Below are positions 51,149 to 64,000 of a stretch of DNA of 64,000 bases, in pieces; positions within the stretch are counted from its first letter, which is position 1, and each line of letters begins with the position of its first letter. Location: the NCBI RefSeq assembly GCF_001447785.1, contig NW_015168654.1, positions 1,996,031 through 2,060,030 on the forward strand. The letters run 5' to 3'. The notes under the pieces are model-generated. The model made no database searches. It was not told the DNA's origin and saw only the letters and a list, made by a program, of their open reading frames with translations. This DNA comes from Gekko japonicus (taxonomy: Eukaryota). The translations under genes were made by a program, and so were the position numbers.

Positions 51149-51272
51149 AGTGCACCGTAATGACTAACAGCGTGTCTTCCACCATGAATCCGAGCTCACT
51201 TCACCAGATGCAATTTGCTTTATACGCAAAAATCCTCAGTTTGTTCTTTCAGTTCCCCAACAGGACCCGGTT

Positions 51273-52437
51273 CATAAGAACATAAGAGAAGCCAATCAGG
51301 CCAATGGCCCATCCTGTCCAACACTCTGTCACACAGTGGCCAAACATACCACGTACCATCAGGAGGTCCATCAGTGGGGCCAGGACACTAGAAGTCCTCC
51401 CACTGTTGCCCCCCCCCCAAGCATCAAGAATACAGAGCATCACTTCCCCTCCCCCCGACTGAGAGTTCCTATCTATACCTTGTGGCTAATAGCCACTGGT
51501 GGACCTCTGCTCCATATGTTTATCCAATTCCCTCTTGAAGCCATCTATGCTTGTAGCCCCCACCACCTCCTGTGGCAGTGAATTCCATGTGTTAATTACT
51601 CTTTGGGTGAAGAAGTACATCCTTTTGTCCACTCAGCAATTTCATTGAGTGCCCACGAGTCCTTGTATTGTAAGAAAGGGAGAAAAGTACTTCTTTCTCG
51701 ACCTCCTCTATCCCATGCATAATCTTATAAACCTCGATCATGTCACCCCTCAGTCGTCATTTCTTCAAGCTATAGAGCCCCAAGCTCTTTAACCTCTCTT
51801 CATAGGGAAAGTGTTCCAACCCTTTTATCATTCTAGTTGCCCTTTTCTGCACTTTCCCCAATGCTATAATATCCTTTCTGAGGTGTAGTGACCAGAATTG
51901 CACACAGTATTCCAAATGAGGTCGCACCATCGGTTTATACAGGGGCATTATGATACTGGCTGATTTGTTTTCAGTTCCCTTCCTAATAACCCCCAGCATA
52001 GCGTTGGCCTTTTTTATTGCAGTCGCACACTGTCTCGACATTTTCAGTAAATTATCTACTGCAGACTCCAAGATCTCTCTCTTGGTCAATCTCCGCCAGT
52101 TTGGACCCCATCAACGTGTATTTATACTTTGGATTTTTTGCCCCAATGTGCATCACTTTACACTTGGCCACACTGAACCCCATTTGTCACGTTGACGCCC
52201 ACAAGCCCATCCTCGACAGATCCCATTGGAGTGCCTCACAATCCTCCCTGGTTCTCATCACCCTGAACAACTTCGTGTCATCTGCAAATTTAGCCACTTC
52301 ACCGCTTACTCCCAACTCCAAATCATTAATGAACAAGTGAAAAAGCATTGGACCCAGCACTGAGCCCTGCGGTACCCCACTGCTTACCACCCTCCACTGT
52401 GAAAATTGCCCATTTATACTCACTCTCTGTTTCTTTT
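51273..52437 (-). mobile_element. CR1 LINE 3' fragment with disrupted reverse transcriptase
   Basis: SGVPQGSVLGP.LF..FINDL...KFADDTKL and RPHLEYCVQFW split over several ORFs; tail cataagaacataag. Confidence 0.93.
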
Positions 52438-53011
52438 GCACGGCCTGCAGCTTGGGAAGGGGCAGATCCGTGGAGATATTTCTGGGCTTTCACGGGAGAA
52501 AATTGGGCAGGGTTTTTTTTCCTGGGAAGTTAAGGGTGTGCGTGCTCAGCGGGACTTCTGCACGAAAGAGCCAATATCCTGCTGACAGGCACTTGTCTCT
52601 GCCTAGAGGAGAGACCTGACCCAGAGGAAGAGTCAATGACTAGTGCTCTTTATTGAAGGGAAGTATGAGGAGCGGTGGCACCCTTGCCGTCTGGGGCCAA
52701 GTAATTCATTGGGCTGACTCGTGTTGTGAATCTGTTCCCGCGGCAGGCTGCAGAAATCCTCTCAGCCACAGTGAGCCTCCTGCCTTCATCCCCTGCAACA
52801 ACCACACGGGGGACCGAAGCCGAGGAGCCTCCAGTTGTCTCCCCACTGGTTCTCCTCGAGTGCCCCCTCTCTCCTACCCTTCCCTTTTCACCGTTCATGG
52901 CCTCGAGGCCCGCCTGGCCTTCACGCCTGAGCAAGACATCCTTCCGTGGCCCCAGGAGAGGCATTCCCGGACAAGCCTAGCCTTGGTTTTGACCCCCCAC
53001 GCCACCCCACC

Positions 53012-53037
53012 GTCAGCACAGAGGTCTGGACAGCGCC
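53012..53037 (+). promoter_or_regulatory. Non-canonical (expanded spacer) RE1/NRSE REST site
   Basis: GTCAGCACA-gaggtct-GGACAGCGCC: near-perfect left half, perfect right half, 7-nt spacer instead of 2. Confidence 0.5.
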
Positions 53038-55789
53038 AAGCCAACTGGGTAGCGAAAGGGCGGCTGATCTTAGATCTCCCAGTCTGACCTCAGACCTTCG
53101 GGCGAGTGGCTTTGTGTGGAGCAGTCCTGCCAACGGTTAGTGAGAATTTCCCTTCATTTCTGCAGCTGACCCGGAGAAATAAGAGCGCGAGAAGCAGGCT
53201 CGGCAGGAGACACGGCATTCATACGGATCTCCCCCTTTTGCGGGGGAAGCTTAGGGCGGCGGCAGATGTGCCTTGTCGGCTGGGCAGTCCCACCAGGGCA
53301 AGAAAGAAGAGAACCAACAGGCAGCGCCAAGAACAGAGAGGAGAGAGGAGAATTGAGCGGTGGAGCTCGGGATCTCCTTCCCTTTCTTTGAGCCCCGCAT
53401 TGCTTAAAGCGGATATCGCGCACTCTGCCTTGCATCTCTCTCCCCACCGCAGGATAAGGAGTGCTCCGCCCCCCCCCCCCTGTGGGCACCTCTTAGCCCC
53501 ATCCCACCTCTGGGTTTCATCCCGCATCCTGTACCTACTTCCCCTTTGCCTCGGCCCACCATTCGAGGGCCTCCTGCCACTGCCTGCTGAAGCTTCCGTT
53601 TCCAAGGAACCAAGAAAGCCGCCCCACGTGTTCTGACTGAGCTTGCTGACAATGAACCTCTGTGGAAGTCAACGGGCCACACTTCCAACACTTCCACAGA
53701 AGCCTCATTTAGAGTGAAGCCGACCTGGGCATGCGCCAGGGGGCTTTTCCGCCTGAGAACTGTCCATGGTCCTGAATCCCTTGGGGTACTGCCTTCTCGT
53801 ACTTCAATCCACTTTCTCGCTTGGGCGTCGAAAAACCCAAAACAGCCTTCTCCGGGCACGTTTTCCGCCCTTGGGATGTGCAGTTGAGACTGGGAACTGA
53901 GGCGGGGGGGGGGGGGGGGAAAGCTTAGCCTGAATGGTCCTGAAAAGTTTCCCAGCGTCTCCTGAGGCATTGTTGGCCTGGGACAGGCGTTCACCGGGAA
54001 ACTTTGCTCTGAAACAAGGGTTTCGTGGGGTGGGAATATGTGGTTGTGTTAGGCTTTCTGCTGTCAACGGGCTCAGTGGCAGGCTGGGTGCTGAGAAGAG
54101 AGCGGTCCAGATCGAAAGCCCGGACATGTGCTGCTGCCCCCAGAATGGTCACTTTCTTCCGGAGAGAGGCCCCCGGTTGGCGAATATTGGCTGCCTCAAA
54201 GCCCAGCGCAGTTCCTCAGAGGAAGATTTCCCAGCTCCGCGTTGGCGGCGGAATCAAAGGCGGTCTGTTTAGCTCCTCCGCTTACAGCACTACCAGCAGG
54301 AAGCTCAGTGTGGCCGGGGCTTCTGTGTTCCCCTGTATGGAGTGACGGATGGATGCGCAATTGGGACGGAACGGGTCTCTCCGGGGATGCGGGGAGGGAA
54401 CCGTGATTATTTCAAAATGAGCAATGTGGCATATATGGCCTCCCCTTCCTCCGCTCATTGACCAGGAATGGTGCTCTCCCCCCTCCCCGGCCTCCCCAAT
54501 GCTGGGCAGTTTTTCATTCGGTGCTGAGAAGGATGCCGCCGCCAACCTCCCGGTCAGCTGTTTGCCTGAGGCTCTGCTTCTCTTCCGAAAGCACCCTGCG
54601 CAAAATGTCCGAGAAGCCTCCTGCCCTAGTTCCGTAGCCTCTGGAGCTTCCTTTCATGGTCCTGTAGCGGAAACGGTGGAGCTGCGCTGGGAGGGAAGCC
54701 TACAAGACATTGGCCTGGCATAAGCTGTTCCCCGCACCCCTCCCCAGCAATGGGGCGGGGGGAGTACAGAAAACTAGTGAGGTCTGATATCCCTCTCCAG
54801 TGCCCAAACACTGGCATCGAGAGTGGGTTTTTCCAACCGTGACAGAGTGGCACACAGGTTGGAGTGCTGGACTATGATCAAGGAAACCCAGGCTGAAATC
54901 TCTATTCTGCCATGGGCGCTGGTTGGGTGCCTTTTGGTCAGTCCCTCTCACTCAGCCAAGCCGTCTCGCATGGTTGTTGTTCCCTTCTGGTGGAGGGGAA
55001 ACTGTAGTAAGCCGCGTTAGGAGGAGATCGCTGTATTTGAAGTAGCCCCTCCCTTTTAAGCGCCCTGCCAAACCAAGCAAGTAGCTAAACGGTGGCTTTC
55101 ACCGCCCCTTCCCCACCTTAATCGCTAGTGACCGGGTATTAGTCAACTTCTCGGTTCAATTGGGATTCTTAATTCAATGGGATCCTAATTAATGTTCGGT
55201 TCCTCTTGATATAGCCAGCGTTGACTCATTGTCTTTCTTTTTCTCCTCAGGAGATAGTTTACTATCAAAGGAAAGCATTAAATATAAACAGGCAAAAGCT
55301 TCCCAGCCTTAAAGGAAAGTTTTCATTCCACTTGAGCTTTTCTCACCCTAATAATAACTTCAGTGCAATCCTAGATATATCTACTTAGAATTAAGCCCCA
55401 CTATGTGCGAGGGTGGTGGTTGCCCCCTTCCACGTGGTTGCCCCCTTCCACGCTTAACTACGAAGAGATCCTGCGGCGTGGCTTGTCAGTTATCACTGGT
55501 TCTCCATCGATGTTTTAGAAGCGGAAGTGTGGCAGCCCAGCGAGGAACACTGACCATGGCGATTCATTCATGCATGCACCCACGCATGCATGCATTCATT
55601 CATTCATTCAGCATTTGCAGAACTCCCTTCTCGCTGACCTGGTAATGGGACCTTTCAGAGCTAAAGGGTTTGGTTACCTTCTGGTCGTTCTTTGCACCCT
55701 TCCGCAAACGGTTCCACCTGCATACCATCTCCAGTTCCAAGAAGCAGTCCTATCTGTTTGGGCCAGGATGAACCACAGTCTTTCCTTCG

Positions 55790-56690
55790 TAAGAATCTAA
55801 AGAAAGCTCTGCTGGATCTGACCAAAGGTCCCTCTAGCCCAGTGCCCCATTCCCCATAGTCATTAGACATCGAGGCGTTCACAAGTGTCGGGATGAAGGC
55901 AATAGTCCTTCCCCTGCTGTCTGTGTCTCAGCAACAGTAACATACTGTCTCTGTCCATGGAGGGTCCATTCCGCAATTATTTTATTTATGTATAGTCCGC
56001 CTTTCTCTATGAGATTGAAGATAGATCTCAATTAAAAAAGAAGAAGAATGCAACAGGACCGGTGTAAGACACACAATAAATAATACAGTACGATGATATT
56101 ACAGGGCTAGAAGGCAATGCAATTAAAACAGTGTAAGACATGAGATTCCATAAACCATGCAAAACCTGCAGAAGGCAGCCAGAACAAGGTAAGGCATAGG
56201 AGAAGCCCTGCCACAAACCTTCAGGGCTAATAGCCGCGGACTGATCGCTCCTTTGCCTGTTTATTTCACTGGATGCCCCCGGGTCCCAGTACTATGAGGG
56301 GGGGGAGAGTCCTATTCAAANNNNNNNNNNNNNNNNNNNNNNNNNNNNNNNNNNTGCACCCCCTTCCCCCATATTCTTTTTGAAAAGAAAACTAACCAGA
56401 AGCCCAGGAGCACATTCAACCCTAAAATAAACTTTATTTCAGCATTTTTTTTCCGTTGAAAGGAGGTGACCAGAATTGAACTCCAAAAGCCACGGCACAG
56501 TCGATTCATCCCAGGGCATTCTGCTAGCGGCTGTTTTGTTTTCAGCCCCTTCCTATCAATCCTTTAGGCAGGACTTGCCTTTTTCACCGCCGCTCCATGC
56601 CGAGTCGACACTTTCACCCAAACCCCAAGATCTTTGTCAATCACCGCCTGTTCACATTTACATCTACAAATATCCTGATGGATGCATATA
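55790..56690 (-). mobile_element. Old degraded CR1 fragment, interrupted by another repeat tail and a gap
   Basis: Residual similarity to the CR1 at 51.8-52.1 kb (ggtgaccagaattg..., gttttcagccccttccta..., ccaagatctt). Confidence 0.45.
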
Positions 56691-57756
56691 TGGGAAATCG
56701 GTATATTTTGCTACAAGCGCATCATTTTGCTCACATTGAACCTCATTTGCCCTTTGGCCGCCCACTTTGGGGACATCCTTTCCGAGGTTTAGTCCTTTTG
56801 GGGTTTTCTCCATCCCCCCGGAATGATGTTGAGCGTTTAATTGGCAGGAATCCCCTTTGAAGGGGAAGGGCGGAGGAATCCCCACCCCCCTATCTGGCAC
56901 AGCCTCCTCCCGTTCATCACGGTTCTCCTCCTGCGATAAGGCATCCTTTCCTTCTCCTGTTTAACTCTCTGTGTGCGCCTCGGGAAAAGGCGATTTACAA
57001 TCTCTGCGTGCTTGATCATCAATCAACGTGCTACTCCGGAATCGAGGCAGACGTCTCCGCGGCGCCCTTTCTGCTCCTATCCCCCCTCCCAAAGGCGACA
57101 CACGACACGTTTTCCCGCATTGACACAAAAGCAAGGGGCGGGGGGGCGGGAGAGAAGGTCCCGGGGGGGCTTTAGCCGTTTAAGGAACCGGATTCAAAAT
57201 AGGAGAAAAGAAAAAGAAAGAAGTTGTAAAAAAATCGTTGTCTTAACGATTACGAGAGGGCATTCTGCGGGGGTTGGCCGTCCTTCGATTGGGCATGAAA
57301 TGAAATCTAATTCCGGGAAACAAAAAATAAAATGTGCAGTTTCCTCTGTGCCCCCCCCCCCCGCGCCCAGCCTCCCGCCAACCAAGGGGGGCCCCTGGAG
57401 TTATCCACCCCCTGTACCAAGTTGCAAAGGGAGCCAGGCTGTGCCCCAGCGGCACTGGCCAAGGGTCCAGAGGTCGGAGACGGGAAGCCTGGTATCCCCC
57501 CCCCACCACCACCACCACCGCAATCCGCTCGAGGGTTTCCTCCGTCCTAACCCGAGGACAGCCCCACGCAGCCTCACCCCTCCCAAGCGAGCGGCGAGAC
57601 CTTCTTCGGCTTCAGGACATTCCCAGCACCATTCTCAGCGTTTAAGACTGCCGGCTCTGGCTTTCCTCCTCCGCCCCCGGACCCCCACCCCACACACCTC
57701 CCCCGGGGTGAAAAGCGCTGGATCTCTCCCCTGCTGCCCTTTGCCTCTCCCTCCCC

Positions 57757-58717
57757 NNNNNNNNNNNNNNNNNNNNNNNNNNNNNNNNNNNNNNNNNNNN
57801 NNNNNNNNNNNNNNNNNNNNNNNNNNNNNNNNNNNNNNNNNNNNNNNNNNNNNNNNNNNNNNNNNNNNNNNNNNNNNNNNNNNNNNNNNNNNNNNNNNNN
57901 NNNNNNNNNNNNNNNNNNNNNNNNNNNNNNNNNNNNNNNNNNNNNNNNNNNNNNNNNNNNNNNNNNNNNNNNNNNNNNNNNNNNNNNNNNNNNNNNNNNN
58001 NNNNNNNNNNNNNNNNNNNNNNNNNNNNNNNNNNNNNNNNNNNNNNNNNNNNNNNNNNNNNNNNNNNNNNNNNNNNNNNNNNNNNNNNNNNNNNNNNNNN
58101 NNNNNNNNNNNNNNNNNNNNNNNNNNNNNNNNNNNNNNNNNNNNNNNNNNNNNNNNNNNNNNNNNNNNNNNNNNNNNNNNNNNNNNNNNNNNNNNNNNNN
58201 NNNNNNNNNNNNNNNNNNNNNNNNNNNNNNNNNNNNNNNNNNNNNNNNNNNNNNNNNNNNNNNNNNNNNNNNNNNNNNNNNNNNNNNNNNNNNNNNNNNN
58301 NNNNNNNNNNNNNNNNNNNNNNNNNNNNNNNNNNNNNNNNNNNNNNNNNNNNNNNNNNNNNNNNNNNNNNNNNNNNNNNNNNNNNNNNNNNNNNNNNNNN
58401 NNNNNNNNNNNNNNNNNNNNNNNNNNNNNNNNNNNNNNNNNNNNNNNNNNNNNNNNNNNNNNNNNNNNNNNNNNNNNNNNNNNNNNNNNNNNNNNNNNNN
58501 NNNNNNNNNNNNNNNNNNNNNNNNNNNNNNNNNNNNNNNNNNNNNNNNNNNNNNNNNNNNNNNNNNNNNNNNNNNNNNNNNNNNNNNNNNNNNNNNNNNN
58601 NNNNNNNNNNNNNNNNNNNNNNNNNNNNNNNNNNNNNNNNNNNNNNNNNNNNNNNNNNNNNNNNNNNNNNNNNNNNNNNNNNNNNNNNNNNNNNNNNNNN
58701 NNNNNNNNNNNNNNNNN
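57757..58717. other. Assembly gap (961 N) in a GC-rich island; smaller gaps at 23744-23772 and 56321-56354
   Basis: Run of N bounded by C-rich and G-rich tracts. Confidence 0.99.
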
Positions 58718-60454
58718 GGGGGGAGCCGAGGACATGGCTGGGGCCGGGGGGGGCATTCAGAGGCAGTCCGCCCCCGAACCCCACAGCCAGGAGGAGGTCT
58801 CGGCCTTTCTGCCCCGCGGTCGGCCGTCCGGAGGAACTGGTCGAGGGGCCACTGCGGGAGACAGGATGCTGGACGAGCGGGACCCCCGGCCTGATCCAGC
58901 CGATCTCTTCTTCTGTTCTCCTGCGACGTCCCTTCTGCCTAGGGGGGGGGGGGGCTGCCTTTTCCCCCCGTGCTGTCCTCGAGCCCCCCCCCCTTTCTCC
59001 GTCCTGATGACTGCTAATGAGTGAGAAGGCGGCAGGGGGAGGGGGATCAAAGGGGGCCAGCCGAAGCACGTCTACTCCATGGGGCCTGCACCCGGGAAAG
59101 CCTTCTGAGGACTGCGGCCGCCAGGATGGGTCCTGCTGGGGTGGCTCTCCGCCGAGCCGGGCTCCAAGCCCCTGGCCTCCCTCTCCCCATCCCTACTTAG
59201 AAGGCGGAGAGCGGTTTCAGACCACCCCCCCAGGAGTGCTGCCCGTTGACCGATGGAGGAGATCTGGGGGCTGGCAGGGCTGGGGGGACCCCCGAAGGAG
59301 GACCTTTCCTGGCGGCTGCTGCAGTGACGTGGGCAGGGGGAAGGGGGGCCCCGCGCTCCGTGGCGGCTGCCTGCACCAAAGGCCCCCGCAGGCCAGCCAC
59401 CACCCTGCCGCCTCTCCCGGTTGTGCCCCTCTGGGGTCCCATCAGTCCAAGATGCCACCCCACACAGGGGCAGGAAGGATCCCTCCCTCAGGCTTGGCCC
59501 CCTCCCCAGACCCATCCCTGCAGCCAGGCAGGAGAAGCGGGGCGAGTCCACCCACTCAGTCCGCCCTGGCTGGGAGAGTGACAGGGTGACAATCTTTCAG
59601 GGAAACCTGGAAGAGCTGCGGGCGGCCAGGAAGCTCCACAGAGCCCGGCGGAGGGCCTGGTGTGGGGAAAGGTGTGGGAAAGCCTGCTGGCCCCCTGCTC
59701 TTCCATCCTTCCCTCTGCGGTCCGATCCCCCCCCCCCCAGCACCAGGAGGGGGTTTGTTTGCACCCATCTGCTTCAAGAGCTCTGCTGGGTGCCAGGGAC
59801 AGCTGGGGTGTGGGCTGGCAGAATGTGCTCTTTGGGGAGCGTCACCGCAGCTTCCCTTCTGCCTCTCTCAATTGCCTGGGTTTGGGGGGGGGGTACGGAC
59901 ACCCAGCAGCCCACCCGGCCCCATCAATCCTTCCTCTCGGGAAGGTTCCTGGCTGAGGAGATAAGCCCTGAAGGTCACTGGGGTCAGTTGCAGTGGCTGG
60001 GAAACCTGAACATGGTGGTCTGGAAAGCCTGCATTCCCGCCCTTCTGTCTTTGTAAATGTTGTCCCATCCAGGCTGATGAGGAGTTCTGGGGAGTCCAAA
60101 GCTTGCAGGGGGTTTTGTGCCAGCTTGGCTGGTCCTATGAACAAAAGTGCTATACCCATTTTGTTCTGGTTTAGGGAGAGAGGTACCTGGTGGTCCCAAT
60201 AAAAGGGATCACACAGATGGGGGCGGGAGGGGCTGTGCCTGGGTCCCACTTCCCAGTTCCGCACGACCAGCCTTAGAGGGATCCTACTGACTTCTGGTGC
60301 CTTACACTTTTGCGGAGGAGGGTCCACTGTCATCTGATGCATGGGGATCTGTTTGTGCACACACAGTCCGTAGAGAGAGAAATGCAAACAGTGGGGTTCT
60401 AAAGGGTGTGAAATGCAAGAAGTGCACAGTGTGGCACTGTTCAGTACAACTCAG

Positions 60455-61060
60455 ATATTTAATTAATTAATTAATCAATCAATCCCTGATTATATTCCGC
60501 CCTCCTCGCGAACGGGCTCAGAGCGGATGACAACAGGAGTCAAAACATTTCACAGTTAAGAATTAAAGCATTTCATAATAAATCTTCCACAATAAATAGT
60601 TAAAACAGATTAAAACAAAGCTAGAAACAAGACAGGCGGTGTGGCCGTTTGGTATGGTAGTTGCGAGAACTGGAGCCACCGGTCCATAGACCAGACTATG
60701 GGTCTTCACCGTTCGAAGGTGGAAGGTCCAGCAGGGGAAGCCAGTAGATGGGATAATTGGACGCCTGCTGCCTCACCCAAAGGCCTGGTGGAACAGCTCC
60801 ATTTTACAGGCTCTGCAGGTCCCACAGGGCCCTGAAATCCAATGGGAGCTTGTTCCACCAGGTGGGGGCCAGGGCAGAAAAAGCCCTGCCCCTGGTCAAG
60901 GTTAGGCGGACATCCTTCAGGCTGGGGACAACCAGCAGCTGCTGATCTGCTGAGTGCAGGGCTCTTGGGGGCATATATGTCAGACCCCAGTGAGTTGCTG
61001 TTGCAACTGGTGACAGTGCCTGTTCAGAATATATCCAAGTTTTACATGGTAACATCAAGG
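60455..61060 (-). mobile_element. L2 LINE 3' fragment
   Basis: YMPPRALHSADQQLLVVP...RGRAFSALAPTWWNKLP. Confidence 0.85.
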
Positions 61061-61501
61061 CCTGTTCTTGTATTTCACAGCTTTTATGCCCTGCAGTTTA
61101 CCATATGCAACGTAGCATAGTGGTTAAGAGCAGGAGCTATGCTCCTTAAGGTAGCCAGCTCTCCTCCGGCCATGTTCATGCTGGTTGGTGACAGGCAAAG
61201 CATTCTCTTTTTGTCCCCTTCTCCAATATTGGACAGACTGTGAGATGGGATGAGCAGTTTGTTGGACTAGAAGCTGGGAGGCCTAGGGCCAATCTCCACT
61301 CTGCCATGAAGCTGGCCTGGAACTAGTTGCTCAGATCTGTCAGCCTAATCTACCTCACAGGGTTGTTGTGAGAACAACAAAAGAGGGGAGATTTATGCTC
61401 CATTGATTTCCTTAGAGACAAGATGGGGTAAAAATGGAGGAGGGAGGGAGAGATTTTTGCTAACTAGGGAGCTACTATATGCATCTAATGAAGTGGGATC
61501 T

Positions 61502-61700
61502 AATCATAGAATCATAGAGTTGGAAGGGACCTCCAGGGTCATCTAGTCCAACCCCAGCACAATGCAGGAAATTCACAAATACCCCCAGTGACCCCTGTTC
61601 CATGTCCAGAAGATGACAAAAACCCTCCAGGATCTCTGGTCAAACTGGCCTGGAGAAAAATTGCTTCCTGACCCCATCAGCTTTTCCATGGGCATGTAAG
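61502..61700 (-). mobile_element. CR1 LINE 3' end
   Basis: atcatagaatcatagagttggaagggacctcc, i.e. the reverse complement of the (ATTCTATG)n CR1 terminus. Confidence 0.8.
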
Positions 61701-61957
61701 AAAGTCTGCAAAAGGGTAGAATAATAGTAACCCCTAAAAGTTCTGCCTCGTGGGGTTTTTGTTGGGTGATAGTGAGATACTGAAAAAATGGTATTTAGCA
61801 GAGATAAAATAGTCCAGCAGAGCCAAATAATCCTCTGCATAGTCTGGGAGATGTATTAGATGCTGGGTGCTGCAGATATAACAATCGACGTGAAGGGCAG
61901 AGCACCTGTTTGGCATGCAGAAGGTCCCAGTTTCAATCCCTGAGACACCAGATTAAA

Positions 61958-62342
61958 GGGACTTGTGGGCACTCAATGAAAATGCTGAGTAGTCGGGTTA
62001 GAACAGATAAAAGGAAGTACTTCTTCACCCAAAGAGTGATTAATGCATGGAATTCCCTGCCACGGGGTGGGGGTGGGGGTGGCGGCTACAGGCATGAACA
62101 GCTTCAAGAGGGACTTGGATACACATATGGAGCAAAGGGCCATCAGTGGCTATTCGCTACAAGGCATAGATAGGAATTCTCAGTCTGGGGCAAGCAATGT
62201 TCTGTATTCTTGGTGCTTGGGTGGGGGGGCCCGCTGGTGGATCTCCTGATGGTACCTGTTATTTTTGGCCCCTGTGTGACAGAGTGTTGGACTGGATGGG
62301 CCTTTGGCCTGATCCAACATTGATTTCTCTTATGTTCTTATG
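61958..62342 (+). mobile_element. CR1 LINE 3' fragment
   Basis: RKYFFTQRVINAWNSLP followed by a 3' UTR ending tctcttatgttcttatg. Confidence 0.88.
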
Positions 62343-63489
62343 GCTTGGGTGCTGAGGAAGGCTTTTTTGGATGCAAGACACAGGAAGATGCTCCCACATT
62401 GAGAAGCCAATACTGAGCACGGTGGACCAAATGCCTGCCTCTGTTGGAAGCGGCTTCCTATGTTGACTGCACCCAGTGTGGGAAGGAGCTACCTTGGTAT
62501 TGCCAGATTCATCCTTGCTTGCTACCTAGAATGTTCATGCCTCTGTGGTGTTTGCAAGGTGAATGGATATGCAGTAGTCAGGATCAGGGCCTTACAAGAA
62601 TGAGAGCTTGGCATTCAGTGTTCCGTTCCCACCAGGCTGAGGCTGCTGGAAGTATCTCTGCTGAGCACTTTCCTTGGACTCCAGGGTCCCCCAGCAGACT
62701 GTACCCCTGTCCCAAGGAAAAGGTTTGGTCCTCTGAGAGCTGGCTTGGCATACAGAACATCCTCCAAGGCACCCGGCGCTGGGTGGGAGCGTAAGGGCTG
62801 CCATGCTGGGTCACACTCAGATCTATCTCATTCTGCATTCTGCCTTCATCAGCGGTCAATGCAGTGCTTCCAGGAAACTCACAAGCAGGGCATAAAAGTA
62901 GCAGTCCTCCCCTGTTATCCCAGGCAGCTAGTATTCTGAGGGAGACTGCTTCTGTACGTGTAGGTTCCACTTACTTGCCATAACTAATAGTCCCTGATAG
63001 AACTGTTCTTCTCCAGGAATTTGTCCAATCCTTTCTGTGGCAGTGAGTCCCCTCAATTAATTATGCTTTAAGTGAGGGAATAGTTTTTAAGAGGTTGGCC
63101 CTGAGCATGCTGAAGACATGAAGCTGCTTACAATGGGGCAGACTATTAGTCAATCGAGGTCAATATTGTCTATTCAGACTGGCACTGGCTCTCCAGGGTT
63201 GATATCTTTTATATAAACTGCTACCCGATCCTCTTAACTGGTGATGATGGGGACTGAACCTGGGACCTTCTGCATGCTAAGCAGATCCTTTAACATTGAG
63301 CCACAGCCCCTTCTCTTGGGAGGCTGTCAATCAAGTTGGAGGAGTGATCAGGGTGAGCTATAGAAAACGTCACTTTCCCCCAGTCTCAGTCTCCACCTGT
63401 AAAACCTGAAGCAGAGCCTGGCTCCCCAGGTGGCTATTGTGGTGATGAACCAAGAAGGACTGTGAACAACAAGTAATGTAGTCGGGTCC

Positions 63490-63748
63490 TTCTGTGCAAA
63501 ACTGCAATTGACGTATTTTGGCCATGTCATGCAGAAGAACTCACTAGAAAAAGCAATTATGCTTAGATTGGTTAGCGGCAGAAGGAAACCTGGCTGCCAA
63601 AGAACACGGTGGCTAGACACCATGAAAGTCGACACCAGCCTGAGCATGGAACAAGTCAAAGAAACAGTACAATACTGGAAAACATGGAGAGAGCTGGCCC
63701 ACAGAATCACCAAGCGTCCAACATGACTGAATGGTTGACAACAACAAG
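63490..63748 (+). mobile_element. Older RTE LINE 3' fragment
   Basis: YFGHVMQKNSLEKAIML..VSGRRKPG.QRTRWLD; (CAA)n tail. Confidence 0.8.
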
Positions 63749-64000
63749 AACCTTCTGCACAATCTACAGTCTCACCTCAAGAAGACAGTCTGTCTGCTGC
63801 AGAAATGAAGAGCAATGTGCCTTGCTAGTTTTTGCAACCTCTTTTCATCCACTGAGATCTGTTAGCCTCACACCCAAACAATTGGGGGGGGGATTAAAAG
63901 GCACAGCAGAAGTTCTTTGCCTTCTCTGCATGGCTTCTTTAGACCTGAACATTGGATGCTGCCTTATAACAAGCCCACTCCATAATTTAATTCCTGTAGT

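Noticed and set aside
53219-53605. ORF with a hydrophobic, signal-peptide-like stretch (CLLVLFFLALVGL)
   Set aside because: The stretch is near the ORF's C-terminus, derives from a purine-rich tract, and has no supporting splice structure or homology.
56973-59069. The longest ORFs in the track (683, 475 and 373 aa)
   Set aside because: They are long only because they read through 961 Ns; the flanking translations are low-complexity GC-rich sequence with no recognisable domain.

Overview
This is vertebrate genomic DNA from a squamate reptile, most likely a gecko, judged from Sauria SINE, gecko-type Squam3 SINE, 5S-derived SINE, CR1, L2, BovB/RTE and Penelope remnants. Three spliced protein-coding genes lie in tandem on the minus strand. 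(1) The 5' part of TRIM54/MuRF3 (coding exons 1-3, 3568-17667; the rest runs off the left edge), with a muscle-type promoter (MEF2, E-boxes). (2) A complete DNAJC5G-type cysteine string protein gene (4 coding exons, 32092-34526, 186 aa), with a CpG-rich promoter near 37.1-37.8 kb. (3) A complete 15-exon uridine-cytidine kinase-like 1 gene (40479-50593; UCK + UPRT domains). By position this looks like a whole-genome-duplication paralog of UCKL1 that is absent from the equivalent human locus. It carries a pair of frame-locked, mutually exclusive microexons and has an unresolved exon-1 phase problem. The right-hand 12 kb is GC-rich, includes a 961-bp assembly gap and a non-canonical REST/RE1 site, and has no coding exon I can support. 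Most ORFs in the supplied track are spurious (antisense, GC-rich, repeat-derived or gap-spanning). I found no wholly new system; the best leads are the retained UCKL1 paralog and its splicing logic.
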